Shown here: positions 62,046 through 64,000 of the stretch, piece after piece | Position numbering within the stretch: the first letter of the stretch is position 1 | How the letters are laid out: each line of letters opens with the position of its first letter | Source: the human T2T-CHM13v2.0 reference genome, Homo sapiens | Length of the DNA stretch: 64,000 nucleotides | Direction: 5' to 3' (one strand) | NCBI RefSeq assembly: GCF_009914755.1 | Contig: NC_060935.1 | The notes under the pieces: model-generated | What the model saw: the letters and a program-made list of their open reading frames with translations, nothing else | What the model was told of the DNA's origin: nothing | Databases searched by the model: none | Position numbers and translations under genes: made by a program

Positions 62046-63451
62046 TCATTTCCCACTCTGCCCCATCTTGACTCTTGTTGTTGATACTTGCTATTGTTTT
62101 ATTTCCTCCTCTTTTTCCTATCCCTTTCTACATGTCTTCCTTTGGAAATCTTTGTTGTTTTCTTCTTGTTTATGATATGATGCCTTTCCCTTTCGGAATG
62201 TTCAGGAAAGTTTGAAATGCTTCTCTGATAATTGCCTTATTTATGTATGTCAGTGATTAGATGCAGAAGTGTTGGAAACAGGCAAGCTTAGATTTGAGCC
62301 TTGGCCTACCCTCTACTAGATGTAGTTACCTCATCAAATTCATTAGATTCATCTATGAAATGGAGTAGTTATTGTGTAAGTGATATATTTGTTGCAAAAC
62401 TTTCAATACATATTACCTTCTCTCTAATAGGCAGTTAATAATACAATTTGAAATGCCTTGTCCATTTCTTTGCCTGGAGAACCTCCTTCAAAATTCTAAT
62501 TTTATCCTAATGTTACTTTTCTCAATTCTAGTGCTGTTTCTTCTAAAATATTATAAAAACTAATCTTTTTTACTAGTAAACATATGTTTTTAAACTTCTA
62601 CATCACAAGCACCTAACATAGTGACTAACACTTAGAAGATGCAATAAATATTTGTTGAATTGCATTTGATCACACAGACCTTAATTCTATAATAGATGTA
62701 AGAGGCATAGTATTGCACAGTGTATGCCAATAAGCAGCAAATATTTTCATAGAAAAACCAATTTAAAATAGTTCACATATTGACATTATTGTTTAAAAAT
62801 AGCATAGATGTTAAGAAGCCAAGTGATAATTATATGGTGGATTTGTTTTTTTCCATTTTTGCCTTTACAAATAATCAGATTAGCTTGTGGGAAAAAATAA
62901 TGAATACCAATAGTAATAAATTCTTCAGAGTTTATAAATATTTTCACAATCCAATTATGATAGTTAATACTCATTGTTGATTGTGCAAAATTTTTACTAT
63001 ATTATTCAATTATAATGGTTTAAGATATGATTATGGTTATTGTTCCCTCTTTACAGTTAAAGAGACAGCTTAAGGTTTAGTGATGCACTTGAAGTCACAA
63101 AGCTACAAGTTGAGGTTAAAAATTCCAACCTGTCTACTGCCAAACTTATGTTCATCATTCTTTATAGCCTAACTAGTATGTAGGGTTACCTCCATTTTAC
63201 TGATGAGGAAACTATTTCAAAAAGATTGTAATTATTTAATTATGTGTTACAAATCACTTTCCCCCATCCAAAACAATTGAATTCTACAATGAAAAATCAA
63301 CTCATTCTTTTTTTAATTAATTTACTTTTTTAGTTATTTTCTTAATTGTTTCAATAGGGCTTACAATATATATCTCAATTTATCAGTCTGCTTCAAATTT
63401 ACACTAACTTAATTCCAGTAATAGGTATATTTTAATCCAGAGTTATCACTG

Positions 63452-63815
63452 TTGTCTACTCTCTTAGTTCAGGCTACTATAACAAAAATAGCGCCAGGTG
63501 GCTTCAAAAACAGAAATTATTTTTTCTCACAGGCTGGAGGCTGGGAAGTCCAAGGTCAAGGTGGCAACAAATCTGTCGTTTGGAAAGGCTTCACTTCCTG
63601 GTTTGTTGATGACAATCTTCACATTGTAGTCTCATGTGGGGGAGAGCAGAGAGAGAAAAAAAATGTGTTCTTTCATTTCTCTTTTTATGAGGGTACTAAT
63701 TCATTCACAAGGATTATGTCTTCATTACCTAATATTGTCCCCAAATCCCCATTTCTTAATACTCTCACTTTGGGGTTAGGATTTTAACATATGATTTTTT
63801 GAGGGGAACACAAAC
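63452..63815 (-). mobile_element. MLT1A/A0-like LTR
   Basis: TTCTCACAGGCTGGAGGCTGGGAAGTCCAAGGTCAAGGTGGCA...GGGGTTAGGATTTTAACATATGA...GGAACACAAACA. Confidence 0.8.
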
Positions 63816-64000
63816 AGGAATAGGAACAAACAAGCAGTAAAGATAAAACCGATTCTGCCATTAAGTTCCAAGTTCAAGCACACAGCCAGAAAAAAGTTCT
63901 GAAATTCTGAAGGTTAGTGCCTGGGAGGCACTAGAACACAGGTTAGAAAATTGCAGCGGTGGGACCAAAGAGAAAGTACCTTAGTGCCATAGATGGAACT

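Overview
AT-rich primate genomic DNA, most probably human (a tiny L1 insert at ~33.9 kb ends in the L1HS-type CTTAGAGTATAATAA). No protein-coding exon, RNA gene or CpG island is supportable. The long ORFs are LINE-1 ORF1/ORF2/ORF0 pieces, and the rest are Alu, microsatellite or chance frames. The window is mostly interspersed repeats: L1 of many ages, Alus, MIR, L2, MLT1/MLT2 LTRs and hAT DNA elements. The main feature is a pair of inverted L1PA2 elements (41190-47229 minus, full length; 57329-60635 plus, 2.7 kb internal deletion) around a 10.1 kb spacer. Neither element has its own target-site duplication (TSD); the TSDs are exchanged between them, the signature of an inversion of the intervening segment. 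The two arms also share dozens of non-consensus changes (including ORF2-killing ones), an 842-bp perfectly identical tract and an apparent AT-to-GC bias, pointing to arm-to-arm gene conversion. Secondary findings: an L1 3' transduction with twin-priming inversion nested in an old L1 (~27.9-28.3 kb), a ~70-bp L1HS-like insertion, an intact ORF0, a candidate Alu exon, an ancient local duplication and several template-switch hairpin scars. Subfamily names come from recalled consensus sequences, not a database search, and boundaries of old repeats are approximate.
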